From an uncultured Acidobacteriota bacterium (GTDB lineage Bacteria; Acidobacteriota; UBA6911): 64,000 bases of DNA. Positions 43,438 to 54,900 of the stretch are shown here, piece by piece (within the stretch, counting starts at the first letter, position 1; each line of letters begins with the position of its first letter). A model generated the notes under the pieces. That model ran no database searches and was not told the origin of the DNA. It worked only from the letters and a program-made list of their open reading frames with translations. The translations under genes and the position numbers were made by a program. The stretch lies in assembly GCA_963827655.1 (NCBI GenBank), contig CAWHCF010000022.1, positions 96,001-160,000 of the forward strand. The letters are read 5' to 3'.

Positions 43438-46400
43438 TCAAAACACGATCTTCGCCGACAGCTGGATAATCCGGGCCGGACGAGCGGTGCGAAACGCGCC
43501 GAAGTTCGAGTCGATCTGGCGCCCCGCGGCGTCGAAGCGCGCCGCGGTGAACAGGCCCGAGAATTGGGTGTGGTTCCAGGCATTGAACAGTTCGGTGCGG
43601 AACTGGATGTAGCGTCCCTCGCCAAACAGCGGGAAGCGCTTGTTCAGAGTGATGTCCCAGTTATTCGTGCCGGGCCCGCGAAGAATGCCGACGCCGGCAT
43701 TGCCGAATTCACCGAGCGGCGTGCGCTGGAAGGCCTCGGTGCGGAAATTGCGGAAGAAGTCGCGTTCGCTCTCGGGCAGATTCGGATCCCCGGCAACCGT
43801 GATGCGCGCTCCTTCGGAAGAGCCGGTGATGTCCTGGCCGTCCACTGTGCGTGAACGTGGGAGTAAAGGGTGTGCCGGAGATGAGCGACGTGATGCCGGA
43901 GAGCTGCCAGTTATCGAACACCCAGCGCGCCACCTTGGGGCCCATCATGGTCCCGACTTTGGGCAGTTCGTAAATATAGTGGAACACGAGCACGTGCGGA
44001 CGGTCGAACTCGAGCGGGCCGTAGTTCCACTTCCGAGGCGCGAAATACGGGCTGATTATCACGGTGTCGTTGTTGGCGAGGCCGAGCGTCCTGGCAAGGG
44101 TGTAGGAGACACCGTACTGGAGACCCCGCGACCAGTGGCGGTTCACTCCGAGCTGGAAGGAATGGTAATTGGTGGTTGCGATATGTTCGTACGCCGTAAC
44201 GTCGCCGTGGCCGACATAGGGACGAAGGAAGTTGTCGGGAAGCGGCCGGTTGGGCTGCGTGGGATCGAAGTTTTTCGGGTCGAAGCGAGCGTAGAGGGGA
44301 ATCGGGTTGATGCTGCGGCGGACATAAAGGTGGCGCGAGAGGCTGCCCACATAAGACGCATCGACGGCCATGCCCCCGATCTGGCGCTGCAGGCCAACGC
44401 TGAAGTTCATGGTGTTGGGCGTCTGGTGGCGGCCGTAGAGCGTGGTCAGGTTCTGCGGGCCGAGGGCGCCGCCGCTCGAAGCGTAGGTGTCGAGGTTGCC
44501 GTAGTACAGGGTCGGCTGGTCATAGACCGGCGCGTTGCCGACGGCGGCGGAAAAGGGATTGTTCTGGCCCGTATCGTAGAACCATCCCCAGCCGCCCCGC
44601 AGCGCAGTCTTGCCGTCACCGAAGAGGTCGTAGGCGAAGCCAAAGCGGGGCGCAAGGTTGACCCAGGGCCGCTCGTAGAGCCCTGACGGGTAGCCGTTGA
44701 CGCCGCCGACGGCCATGCCGTTAGCGGGGTCGCCCGTGCCGGGGACATACTGGCCGATGAGCGGCGCAGGAGCGAATGCGCCAGTGCGCGGATCCTGGGC
44801 GACGCGGCGCCCCGCGGCATCGCGCGCCGGCACGTAAATGACGGGGACCTTCGACGGATCATACAGCAAAGGATCAAAGGCGGCGGCCTGATGGTCGAGT
44901 TCGCGCATCGGCGGCATGCGGGAAAAACGCAGCCCCATGTCGAGCGTCAGGCGCCTGCTGATTTTCCAGTTGTCCTGTACATACCATTCGACCTGGACGA
45001 ACTGCTGCCGGGTCACGAAGCGCTGTTCATGCTCGGTGTAGGAAACAAAGTTGCCCAGCAGCACGTTGGAATAGCTGTGGCCGGAATCGAAGGGGTTATT
45101 CGTGTCGCGGCTGAAATCGAAGTTGCCCCGGTAGCTGCCGCGGCCAGGCAATACGGAGCGCGACCGCTCAAAATAGACGCCGGTCTTGAAGCTGTGCTGG
45201 CCCCAGACCTTGCTGAGGTTGTCGGTGACGGCATAGACCGGGTTGCGGTAGCTGTTCGGCAGGTAGTCGTTGAAATTGGGCGCCGCAGCGTTGGCCGGCT
45301 GACCGCCGAACCGGAGCGTCGGAATGTAGTTCGATTCAGGATTACCGTCATCGAACCACTGCGCCGGGTTGCCCATGTGAGAGCGCAGAAGGAGTTCGGG
45401 ATCCTCAAAATCGTAGTCGCGCACCACGTTGCTGAATCCAAAGCTGGCCTCGTTCACCAGCGTCGGTGAGAAGATCTTGGTGGCGCTGACCAGGTGGCCC
45501 TTGCCCGTGCGGTCGACGAAGACGGGGCTGACCAGAAAGTTCGTGTCACCGATGCGCGCACCCCAGGGGATAAAGGTGTCGTCGATGTCCTGGCCCCAGC
45601 GGTAATAGAGACGGAGCGAAGGGCTCGCGATCCAGTCGAGACGGAGGATGTCGTTGCGCCGCGGAGTGGCGCCGCTGTAAACATCGCGATGGTTCCAGCG
45701 GTACTGGTTGCGCGGATCCGGGTCGACGTAATTGGGCAGAGGAAAGAAATTCAGCATGGACTGGCCCAGGCTCTGAATCCGGTTCCGAGGGATCTGGTTG
45801 TTCGGGAAAGGCTGACCCGTTTGCGGGTCGGTGATGCGGATGAGCTGGTTGTTCACATCAAAGCTGCGTGAGAAGTCGCCGTTGCGCTCTGCCTCTGTGG
45901 GCATGTTGGCGAAGACGGCGCCGTAGTCGGTCTTTACGCCTGTGTATTCCTGAGACCAGAAGAAGAAGAGCTTTTCCTTGTTGGGATTGAATTTCCCGGG
46001 GACGTAGACCGGGCCGCCGATGGAGTAGCCGGTGATGCGATAGCGATAAGGCTGCTTGGGTGTGCCGGAGCGATTGAAAAAGAAGTTCGTGGCGTTGAGG
46101 CTCTCGTGGCGGTAGAACTCATAGGCCGAGCCGTGGAACGCGTTGGTGCCGGACTTGGTGATGGCGGTAATGGCGCCGCCGCCGTTACGGCCGTACTCGG
46201 CCTGATAGTTGCTCGTCAGAATGCGCACTTCCGCGATGGAATCCATGTTGGGCTGGAAGGTGGTGCTGCCGTTGGAGTGAGTATCCATGGCCGTGACACC
46301 GTCGACACTGACGTTTTTCTGGTTCTCTCGCGTGCCGTTGATGTAGATGCCGCGCTGGGGCTGGTTGCTGGTCACCTCGCGCGTCTCCTGGGCAGTATCG

Positions 46401-46885
46401 ACCACGCCCGGGATGGTCTGCAGGAGAGCGAAAAAGTCGCGACCCTTCAGGGCGAGATCGTTGATCTGGCTGCCGGTGACGACCCCGGAGCGCTCCGCGC
46501 TTGAAAGCTGCAGCGGCGTAGTTTCGGCGGTCACGCTGACGGATTCCCGGACCTCTCCAATCTGGAGGGTCAGGCGGCCGAGGCTCCGGATTTCGCTCGA
46601 ACTGACGGAAACCCCCTTGAGCTCAAACGCCTTGAAGCCGGGATGCTGGATGCTGAGCGCATAACTGCCGGCGGCAACGTTGGGGAAAGTGAACAGTCCC
46701 TCAGAGCCCGATATGGCCGTGAGGACGGCGCCGGTGCCCTGCCGTGTCAGGATGCAGGCCGCACCCTCAATCACGGCGCCCGTGGGATCGACCAGCGTAC
46801 CGTTTACCGAACTGGACACGTTTTGGGCGGCAGCCAAAGCAGCGCCCAACACAACCGAGAGGACGACATGCAGACAACGGCTCAT
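43438..46885 (-). CDS. Oar-like TonB-dependent receptor; frameshift near 43852
   Basis: GTLVDPTGAVI, TSNYQAEYGRNGGG, YVQDNWKISRRLTLDMGLRF, APRFGFAYD. The C-terminus (LRGPG.NNWD, QFRTELFNAWNH, RIIQLSAKIVF) is in ORF 43438-43845. Confidence 0.92.
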
Positions 46886-47072
46886 GGGTTCCTCCTGCTC
46901 TCGCCAATCTTCGGCCAGACGTTAGAATTGGGCCTATTATCTACGCGCTGCGCTGATTGGACAAGCGGTTGTTTGCCGTTTTTGTGACCCTGGCTCCTTT
47001 TATAGTGTTCTTCGTGTCTTCGTGGGCGGTTTCTTGATTTTAAAGATTAACCGCCAGGATACGAGCTCCTTT

Positions 47073-47516
47073 TCACTTGTCCTTCATTATCTCAACGTAT
47101 CGTCGCTGCATCTCTTCGGTCGAGACCTCTTCGATGCTATGCCCGACGTTCCACCTGTGTCCGAAGGGGTCTCGCACGCACCCTGAGCGCTCGCCATAGA
47201 ACTCGTCTTTGGGTTCCATTTCGACCACCGCTCCCGCGCTGACGGCGCGGCGGATCACTTCGTCGGCGTTGTCGACGTGGATATGGATCGTGACCGACGT
47301 CGCCCCGATCGCTTTCGGTCCTCTGATGTTGTACTCGGGAAACTCGTCGGCCAACATCAGAGTGGTTCCGTCGAAGTCGAGCTCGGCATGTCCGATACGG
47401 CCGCTCGGTTCGGTGAGCCGGAATTTTTCTTTGGCGCCAAAAGCCTTCTCATAAAACTCGATGGCTTTCGCCGCATTACTGACATGGAGGTAGGCAAATA
47501 ACTCGTGGACTTTCAT
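47073..47516 (-). CDS. VOC/glyoxalase family (PhnB-like)
   Basis: AIEFYEKAFGA, GRIGHAEL, MLADEFP, FYGERSG.VRDPFGHRW. Confidence 0.92.
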   Translation of the reverse strand: MKVHELFAYLHVSNAAKAIEFYEKAFGAKEKFRLTEPSGRIGHAELDFDGTTLMLADEFPEYNIRGPKAIGATSVTIHIHVDNADEVIRRAVSAGAVVEMEPKDEFYGERSGCVRDPFGHRWNVGHSIEEVSTEEMQRRYVEIMKDK

Positions 47517-47594
47517 GGAACACTCCTTTCTGAATGAACGACGCCGCGAGTTTAGCGCCTCAGCCGCCCATCGTCTTGAATGAAATTGACCTGG

Positions 47595-48431
47595 TCAGAT
47601 GTTGGCGGGGCGAGTGTGAATCGGAACGTGATGCGGAAAGGCCGGCACGAGTTCGCGGTATTCCCCCGGCGAGACGCCGGCGAATTCCCGGAACTCCCGG
47701 TTGAAGTGAGCCTGATCGCTGTAGCCGGCATCCAGAGCCACCTCGACCAGCGAGGCGGCGGCGTGGGCGGCAACCTGCTCCAGAGCTTCCTGGAAACGGA
47801 GAACACGACAGTAGAGCTTTGGGGTTAACCCCAGGCCACGGTGGAACAGCGCGATGAATCGCCGATGGCTGTAACCGCTTTCTTTCACCGCCTGGCGCAC
47901 GTCGGCGGTTGTCGTAAACCTTTCGAGAGCCTGGGCGACGGCTGGGTGAAGCCCGCGGACCGTCGGAAGCCGCGCCGCGAGAAGCGCCTCGAGGACATCG
48001 AGCCGCGGCTGCAGACCACCCGCCTCAATCAGACGTTCCCGCGCTTCGACAGCAGACGGACCCCAGAGATCCTCGAGAGGAGTATGCCGGCCGGCGAGCT
48101 CGCCGGCCGGCACGCCGAACAACAGTTCGGCCGTGCCCGGGCGGAGCTGCGCGCCAACCGAACTGACAGGCTGGGAGATCTCGCGCACATAGAACGAAGC
48201 TCGAGCCCCGCCGACGATCATGTGTCCGACGCGGTACCCGATGGGATCATTGATGTCATTGAAGAGACGCAGCGGGTGGTCGGAAAGCCGGAATACCAGG
48301 TGCATGCCGCCCGTCGGCAGGACTCGCTCGCGATCGGCGGCGACAGACCCCGGCGAGACCGCCTGATCCGAGGCCCACAGGATCTTTACGAACGGACTAA
48401 GACGGGGTCCAGGAAGACGCGTTAACATCAT
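47595..48431 (-). CDS. AraC-family regulator (DUF6597-type N-domain)
   Basis: ERVLPTG, GLTPKLYCRVLRFQ, GYSDQAHFNREFREFAGVSP. Confidence 0.92.
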   Translation of the reverse strand: MMLTRLPGPRLSPFVKILWASDQAVSPGSVAADRERVLPTGGMHLVFRLSDHPLRLFNDINDPIGYRVGHMIVGGARASFYVREISQPVSSVGAQLRPGTAELLFGVPAGELAGRHTPLEDLWGPSAVEARERLIEAGGLQPRLDVLEALLAARLPTVRGLHPAVAQALERFTTTADVRQAVKESGYSHRRFIALFHRGLGLTPKLYCRVLRFQEALEQVAAHAAASLVEVALDAGYSDQAHFNREFREFAGVSPGEYRELVPAFPHHVPIHTRPANI

Positions 48432-48694
48432 GCGAAAACCATTCTCCTCTCGCGTCTCCAGTGAGGCACAGCGGGGTTCTCAGGGCAACTCCACTTCCTG
48501 TTCGGGATCTCAAACACGTACTGATTTTATCGTAATTCATAGACTACGGTTGTGAAATTTGTAGAAGCGACCTGGCCGGCGACCGATCGGCGCCCGGAGT
48601 TGGTAGATTTCGGCGGGCTTCGGCGCCCGGAATCGCGATCGGTAGCAAGCTCTGAACCTGAGCGACTGCGTCTCATACGGTCTTAGATGATTTC

Positions 48695-48902
48695 GCCCCA
48701 GAGGGTGCTCTAAAGAATGTCTGAGCCCAGGGCAAGCGAAGCGCAGCCCGGGGTTTCGGGATCATGTCCCGTGAGGCCGGGATTGAGTTACCGGTATTGT
48801 TGAGGAGAGGCGCGGCACATATCTCCGGGGCCGACTCGCCTGTAAGATGGGGGCAAGCTTGCTGCCACTCGGCTAAGGCGGTGCCCTTTCAGGAGCGCGA
48901 GG
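48695..48902. repeat. Degenerate second copy of the 43120 palindromic element
   Basis: AGCCCAGGGCAAGCGAAGCGCAGCCCGGGG at ~48724-48753 and GCCCTTTCAGGAGCGCGAG at ~48883-48901. Confidence 0.6.
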
Positions 48903-48972
48903 TCTTAGCGCTAAGCGGCTCGAACTCGGTGGGCAAAACCTTGACAGCCATTTCGCAGGAAAAGCGAAAGAT

Positions 48973-49794
48973 CTATTGAGCAGGTTGGGCCGGCGGCTTG
49001 GTACTGGCTTGTGCTATCTGGCTGTTGGGCTGGAGTATGCGCTTCGGTCGCTTGATCCCACAGAAAGCAGCCAGCGCGGAGATCTGGTCTTTTGTGGGAG
49101 GCAGTGCCATTCGGCTGTGGTAGTTTCCAGGTCCCAGCAACAAAAAGGCAAAGGTCTCCGCAAAATCGCCTGCGGGCGTATTGTAGTCGGGGCAGCGGTT
49201 ACACCCGAACCAGGCTGCTTCGGGATCGATGCCTCGCAGCTCTCGCCAGCGGGTACGCCGCTCCGGAGTATTGTTGTCCAGATCAACCGCATGGCCGAGT
49301 TCATGGGCCAGATCGTACGCCGTCAACAGCGGAGAGTCGCCGGGGCGGTTGTAAATCTCAATTCTGCGCTGCTCCGAGATCGTCATCGCGCGATAGCCCG
49401 GACGCGGACCCATGAAGGCAATCTCGTATCCAAGCTTCTTCCACGGAAATCGAATCAGGGCCAGTACTTCTTTGCGAAGCCGCTCGGAGGCGGCGTCAGG
49501 GGTCGCCGCGGCCGTCGCAGACGCGACGGATGTCGTGGCGGCTGCCTCCGGAAACGGGAGACTCGCGGGCGTTGGTTTGGTCGTCACCTCGACCGGCGTG
49601 ATTACTTCATCGACCGGCCGTGCCAGCCGGGTGTGGTTGTCTTGAAAAAAGTGCTTCTGGTGATGAACGTCAGACGGGATGCGATCCCACGGACCTAAAA
49701 TCAGGAGCACGAAGGCTACAAGAACGAAACTGGCGTATCTGGATTTAGGCAACAAGCAGCAACGACCTCCCCGTCGTCCAATCTGGCAAGCCAT
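48973..49794 (-). CDS. Membrane-anchored hypothetical protein with HExxH zincin-like motif
   Basis: N-terminal TM, Pro/Thr/Ala linker, LAHELGHAVD, GDFAETF. Confidence 0.65.
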   Translation of the reverse strand: MACQIGRRGGRCCLLPKSRYASFVLVAFVLLILGPWDRIPSDVHHQKHFFQDNHTRLARPVDEVITPVEVTTKPTPASLPFPEAAATTSVASATAAATPDAASERLRKEVLALIRFPWKKLGYEIAFMGPRPGYRAMTISEQRRIEIYNRPGDSPLLTAYDLAHELGHAVDLDNNTPERRTRWRELRGIDPEAAWFGCNRCPDYNTPAGDFAETFAFLLLGPGNYHSRMALPPTKDQISALAAFCGIKRPKRILQPNSQIAQASTKPPAQPAQ

Positions 49795-50131
49795 TCCCGT
49801 CCCTTAGGTCCAGGGCAGACTTTTTTCTCGCCCCGAGGATCGGGGACTTGTTCAAATCAGCGAATTTGCGCGAGCTGCATGACGGGCGGGCATTCCCCGC
49901 ACATGCAGAATTCTTCCACCGAAGTGGAATTGCATGATCATACCACATCGGTTCCGGAAGAAAAGTCTATTTACCACAGCGTGATGCGTCACTTCCTCCT
50001 CGAAAGGCATTGTGACGCTTGTCGAGCAGTTGTTGCTTTTTACGAAAAGTTTCAGCATTTTTTTGCGTCCGCGCATTTTTTTCGGGCAGTGCCGCGGAAG
50101 CAGTTCACTCCCAGAACCAATCAGGCGTGGA

Positions 50132-50284
50132 TTAGCCCCGGCGCTTGAAGTATTGGATTGCCCGCTCATGTTTTTGCGCTTGCTGGAGCGTATCGAAGGT
50201 CCCGAGGTTTCTCCGTCTTCCGGTCTTAGGATCCTTCTTTCTGGAGTAAAGCCTGTACTTCCCCGATTTCAGTTTTCTGATCAT
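50132..50284 (-). CDS. 50-aa basic small protein (below ORF-track cutoff)
   Basis: Manual translation MIRKLKSGKYRLYSRKKDPKTGRRRNLGTFDTLQQAQKHERAIQYFKRRG*; GGAGG RBS. Confidence 0.8.
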   Translation of the reverse strand: MIRKLKSGKYRLYSRKKDPKTGRRRNLGTFDTLQQAQKHERAIQYFKRRG

Positions 50285-50381
50285 GTGCCTCCGCTGTTCC
50301 CTGGTAGAGCCTTAAGCGGCGCAGCATTCTTGATGGCGTATCCGCCCACGTCATTGTTGAAGCATGCTAAGATTGCGCGCC

Positions 50382-51032
50382 ATGGAACATGCGGTGTTAA
50401 TAACTGTCTCCGATCAACCTGGAACCCTGTTCCAGTTGACCAAGGTCCTCGCCGAGCACAACGCGAATATCAGCTACGTCGACATCATCCGTCCGCCAAT
50501 GCAAGACGTTCAGGTTTATTTCGAGTTCAAGCTCGAAGAACCCGCCAGAGAAGTGGTCGAAGACCTGGCACGAATCTCAAACGTCCGGCAAGTCGAGAGC
50601 ACGCCCCCCTTTTCGCACATTTACGGGAAACGAATTATCATCATGGGTGGGGGTGCCCAGGTGGGACAGGTGGCCCTGGGGGCGATCTCCGAGGCGGACC
50701 GGCACAACATTCGGGGAGAACGGATTTCCGTAGACACGATTCCTCTCGTCGGCGAGCAGGAGCTGGCAGCGGCCGTAAGAGCCGTTGTCAGGCTTCCCAG
50801 AGTTCGTCTTCTCGTTCTGGCCGGCTCGCTGATGGGCGGCCGGATCACGGAAGCGGTCGCAGAAGTGCGCCAGAAGGGTCTAACCGTGATTTCTCTTAAC
50901 ATGGCAGGAAGCGTTCCTGACGCAGCGGATCTCGTGGTCAGCGACCCGGTGCAGGCGGGAGTAATGGCAGTCATGGCCATCGCCGAGACCGCGAGATTTG
51001 ACATCCTTCGCCAGCAGAAGCGGCGGTATTGA
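50382..51032 (+). CDS. ACT domain + DUF5612/COG2150-type protein
   Basis: ACT (DQPGTLFQLTKVLAEHNANI) followed by IYGKRIIIMGGGAQVGQVALGAISEADRHNIRGERISVDTIPLVGE and SLNMAGSVP..ADLVVSDPVQAGVMAVM. Confidence 0.85.
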   Translation: MEHAVLITVSDQPGTLFQLTKVLAEHNANISYVDIIRPPMQDVQVYFEFKLEEPAREVVEDLARISNVRQVESTPPFSHIYGKRIIIMGGGAQVGQVALGAISEADRHNIRGERISVDTIPLVGEQELAAAVRAVVRLPRVRLLVLAGSLMGGRITEAVAEVRQKGLTVISLNMAGSVPDAADLVVSDPVQAGVMAVMAIAETARFDILRQQKRRY

Positions 51033-51144
51033 TCGCTCTTTGAGATGCTGGGTGCTGTAACGCTCATCCAGGATTCATCACCACATTAGGGAGGGGCGTT
51101 CTCTCACCACTATTAGAATCACGAAATATGCAAGGGGGTGTCCT

Positions 51145-51867
51145 ATGCGCTCGAAGCTTTTACTCGCAATCCTGATTCCGTACCTGATCAACGCCGGCCA
51201 CAGCCAGTCAACCCAGCAGGAACCGCAAACAAGGACTCAGGATCTTGCGAAGATGTTCTACAACGATACCCTGCCCGCCAAGACTGACGTGAAGGCTATC
51301 ACGGAGCGGCGCGTGGGCTTGAAATATCGCATTCTCCTCAAGACTCCAGATTGCGAGATTCGAGACGTGGCTTCCTCTCACAAGTTTCGCTCTGGAGACG
51401 GAATCCGGCTCTGGTTCGAATCCAATGTAGACGGATTTCTCTATGTGCTGGACAAGCAGTCGAGCGGGGTCGAAACCCTTCTCTTCCCTCATCCCGAAAT
51501 CAACAACGGCACGAACAATATTGAACGGGGGATCAGCTACCCGGTTCCGGCAACTGCCTGGTTCATCTTCAAAGGTGTTCCGGGAGAGGAACGCCTAACC
51601 GCAATCGTGAGCAAGACGCCCCTGAAGACTGTTCCGCAGCTAGCCAAGCCTCAGGACCACGGACCGGTTTCGATAATCTCCGTCCTCGAAGAGTTAAGCC
51701 GGAGCGTTCGACCCCGTGATCTGGTTCTCTTTCAGGAAAAAGCTCCCGTGTCACGACTCACTCCCCAGCCGACTCAATCCGCTACGACCCAGGCGACCAT
51801 AGTGATCAACACAAGCGCAAACAACAATACTGCAGCCTATACGGAAATCGGACTGAGACATCAATAA
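51145..51867 (+). CDS. Exported DUF4384-domain protein (copy 1)
   Basis: Signal peptide; GLKYRIL, FRSGDGIRL.FESN.DGFLYV, LLFP, WF.F...PGEERL; ends GLRHQ. Confidence 0.82.
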   Translation: MRSKLLLAILIPYLINAGHSQSTQQEPQTRTQDLAKMFYNDTLPAKTDVKAITERRVGLKYRILLKTPDCEIRDVASSHKFRSGDGIRLWFESNVDGFLYVLDKQSSGVETLLFPHPEINNGTNNIERGISYPVPATAWFIFKGVPGEERLTAIVSKTPLKTVPQLAKPQDHGPVSIISVLEELSRSVRPRDLVLFQEKAPVSRLTPQPTQSATTQATIVINTSANNNTAAYTEIGLRHQ

Positions 51868-51877
51868 AAGATTCTAG

Positions 51878-51956
51878 TGTTTCTTCGTGTCTTTGCGTCT
51901 TGGTGGTAGAGATGTCTAGCAAACGCTGACCACGGAGACACGAAGAAATACGAAGC
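51878..51956. repeat. Inverted pair of ACACGAAG-type short intergenic repeats between convergent genes (possible bidirectional terminator)
   Basis: TTTCTTCGTGTCT...TGGT faces ACCACGGAGACACGAAGAAA; similar units at more than 10 other intergenic sites. Confidence 0.7.
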
Positions 51957-51971
51957 ATCTTGCCAAAAAAG

Positions 51972-54900
51972 TCAGAAGCTGGCGCTGACCTGCGCGGAAG
52001 TTCCCTCCCCGTTACCCAGCGTTACCGAAACCGAGCCAATAGCACTGATGTCCCCTTGAACATTGAAGACAACGACCAGCGTAAACTGGCTTCCAAACTG
52101 TCTGGAGGCCTCCCCTTGGAACCAGCCGTTGGCATCATTGGTCAGGCTTACCGGAACCAGCGTCGTCGCCAGGTTGCCACCCCCTCGCGCAGTAAAGCGA
52201 AATTCACCCTGATTCACCACCCGAGTGTTGGAAAGGCCGTCGATTACCAGCTCAAAGCTCGAGGCCGTGCGCGAGGCGATACTCACACTTCTGATCGTCG
52301 GCGCCTGCCGTCTGATAGTAATATTCCGGCTCGCGTTCAGCGCACCCTCCAAGAAAACACTGAGATTGACGGTACCGGCCACGCTTCCGGTCTGAAACAT
52401 GGCGCTCGGAGCGCCGGCGAAAACTGCCTGAGTACTGTTGGCAGGAAAAGTGAAGTTCAACACCCTCCCCTGGTTTGAGATGAACACAATGGCAGGATCG
52501 TCGCTGGGATTAACCGCCTCGGGCGTAAACGTCAGTATCAACTGACCGTTAAGGACGCCGGTTTGGGCAGCCGACAGGGTCAGATTCACGCTGGGCTGTT
52601 CGCGCGAATCCAAACTGTCGCCGACGCCGCCGATGGTCACCTGGGGAGGCGGCAAGACATTGAAGTTCAGGGCGTTGGAGACTCCGCCACCCGGCGCCGG
52701 GTTGAAAACCGTAACGCTGGCCGCCGCCGGCGCAACAATATCGCCGGCCGGAATCGCCGCCGTCAGCTGGGTAGCACTAACGAAAGTCGTCGTCCGATTG
52801 GCCCCGTTCCAGCGCACCATGGACCCGCTCACGAAATTTGTTCCGCTGACACTAAGGGTAAAAGCGGGTGAACCCGCAGTGGCCGAAGCCGGATTGAGAC
52901 CGGTGATGGTCGGCACCGGATTGGTCTGCGATATCGTAAAGGCTACTGCATTGGACGTCCCGCCCCCGGGCGCAGGATTGAACACCGCAACACTCGCTGT
53001 TCCCGCGGTCGCAATGTCGGTGGCCGGAATCGCCGCCGTCAGCTGGGTGCTGCTAACGAAAGTCGTGGGCCGATTGGCCCCGTTCCAGCGCACCATGGAC
53101 CCGCTCACGAAATTCGTCCCGGTGACGGTAAGAGTAAAAGCGGGTGACCCCACGGTAGCTGTTGAAGGATTGAGGCCCGTGATCGTTGGCGCGGGATTAG
53201 TCTGCAGGATCGTAAAGTCTACTGCATTGGAAGTCCCGCCGCCGGGGGTTGGATTGAACACCGTAATGCTGGCCGTCGCCGACGTCGCAATGTCGCCGGC
53301 CGGAATCGCCGCCGTCAGTTGGGTGCCGCTGACGAAAGTCGTCGGCCGATTGGCCCCGTTCCAGCGCACCGTGGACCCGGTTACGAAATTTGTCCCGGTG
53401 ACGGTGAGGGTAAAAGCTGCCGAACCGGCGGTGGCTGTGGAAGGATTCAGGCTCGTGATCGTAGGCGCCGGGTTGGCCGGCGCTATCACAAAGCCCGCTT
53501 CATTGGAGGGCCCGCCGCCAGGCGCCGGATTGAACACCCGGACCCTGGCTGGCCCCGCTGCCGCAATGTCAGTGGCCGGAATCGCCGCCGTTAATTGCGT
53601 GCTGGTGACGAAAGTCGTCGGCCTGTCTGAATCGTTCCACCGCACGACGGATCCGCTTACGAAGTTTGTCCCGGTGACAGTAAGGGCAAAAGCGGGTGAA
53701 CCTGCGGTGGCTGTAGAAGGATTGAGACTGGTGATCGTCGGCACCGGGTTGGTCGGCGTTATCGTAAACGTTACTGCATTAGAAGTTCCGCCGCCGGGCG
53801 CCGGATTGAATACCGTAACGCTGGCGGTCCCTGCCGTCGCAATGTCGGTGGCCGGAATCGAAGCCATCAGTTGCGTACTGCTGACGAAGGTCGTCGGCCG
53901 ATTGGCCTCGTTCCACCGGACGATCGACCCATTCCCGAAGTTTGTCCCGGTCACGGTAAGGGTAAACGCGGGCGAACCAGCCGTGGCTGAAGCCGGATTG
54001 AGGCCGGTGATCGTCGGCACGGGGTTCACCGGCGTTATTGCAAAATTCACTGCATTGGAAATCCCGCCGCCGGGTGCCGCACTGAACACCGTAACGCTTG
54101 CGGTGCCCGCCGTCGCAATGTCGGCCGCCGTAATCGCCGCCGTCAGTCGCGTGGCACTGACGAAAGTCGTGGTTCGATTAGAGTTGTTCCAGCGCACTAC
54201 AGACCCAGTGCCATTTGTGGGTACGAAACCCGAACCATTGACCGTGAGGGTAAAAGCCGGACCGCCGGCGACGGCGGATGCCGGTTCGAGACTGGTGATT
54301 ACGGGGACCGGATTGCCAATAACGGTGAATGACACACCATTCGAAGAGCCGCCGCCGGGGGCTGGATTGAATACCGTCACGGTAGCAGTCCCCGCCGTGG
54401 CGATATCGCTGGCCGGGATCGCGGCTCCCAAGGTAGGAGACGCACCGGGTAACAGGGTTGTCGGACGTGCGGCGCCATTCCACCTCACCACCGATCCGCT
54501 GAAGAAGCCGGTTCCAGTGACCGTAAGGTTAAAGGCCGGGCCGCCGGCGGCTGCCGAAGCCGGGTTGATAGCGGTGATCTGAGGCATTCGATTGTTGATT
54601 GTGAAGGTTGCCGCGTTGGAGGTACCTATGCCCGGAGTGAAAACGGTAACGGTTGCCGTTCCCGCCGTGGCAAGGTCGCTGGCGAGGATTGACGCCGTTA
54701 ACTGCGTGTTACCCCCGTAACTGGTTGAACGGTCGGACCCGTTCCACTGGACCCTCGAGCCACCGCCACCGGTATCGGGGTCCGGACTGTAAAAATTCGT
54801 GCCCACGACCGTGAGAGTAAAAGCCGCGCCACCGGCCAGAGCTGACGCCGGGTTGATGCTGGTGATTCTTGGCACAGGTTGAATTGTAAAATCCAGGGCG

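Noticed and set aside
49981-49992. GTGA-TGCG-TCAC palindrome as a CRP/FNR site
   Set aside because: The spacer is 4 bp rather than 6, and there is no supporting context.
50012-50899. 295-aa + strand ORF
   Set aside because: Off-frame overlap of the ACT gene and antisense to the 50-aa protein.
52633-54582. 649-aa + strand ORF with repeats
   Set aside because: Antisense shadow of the IPT-repeat gene; its repeats mirror the - strand protein.
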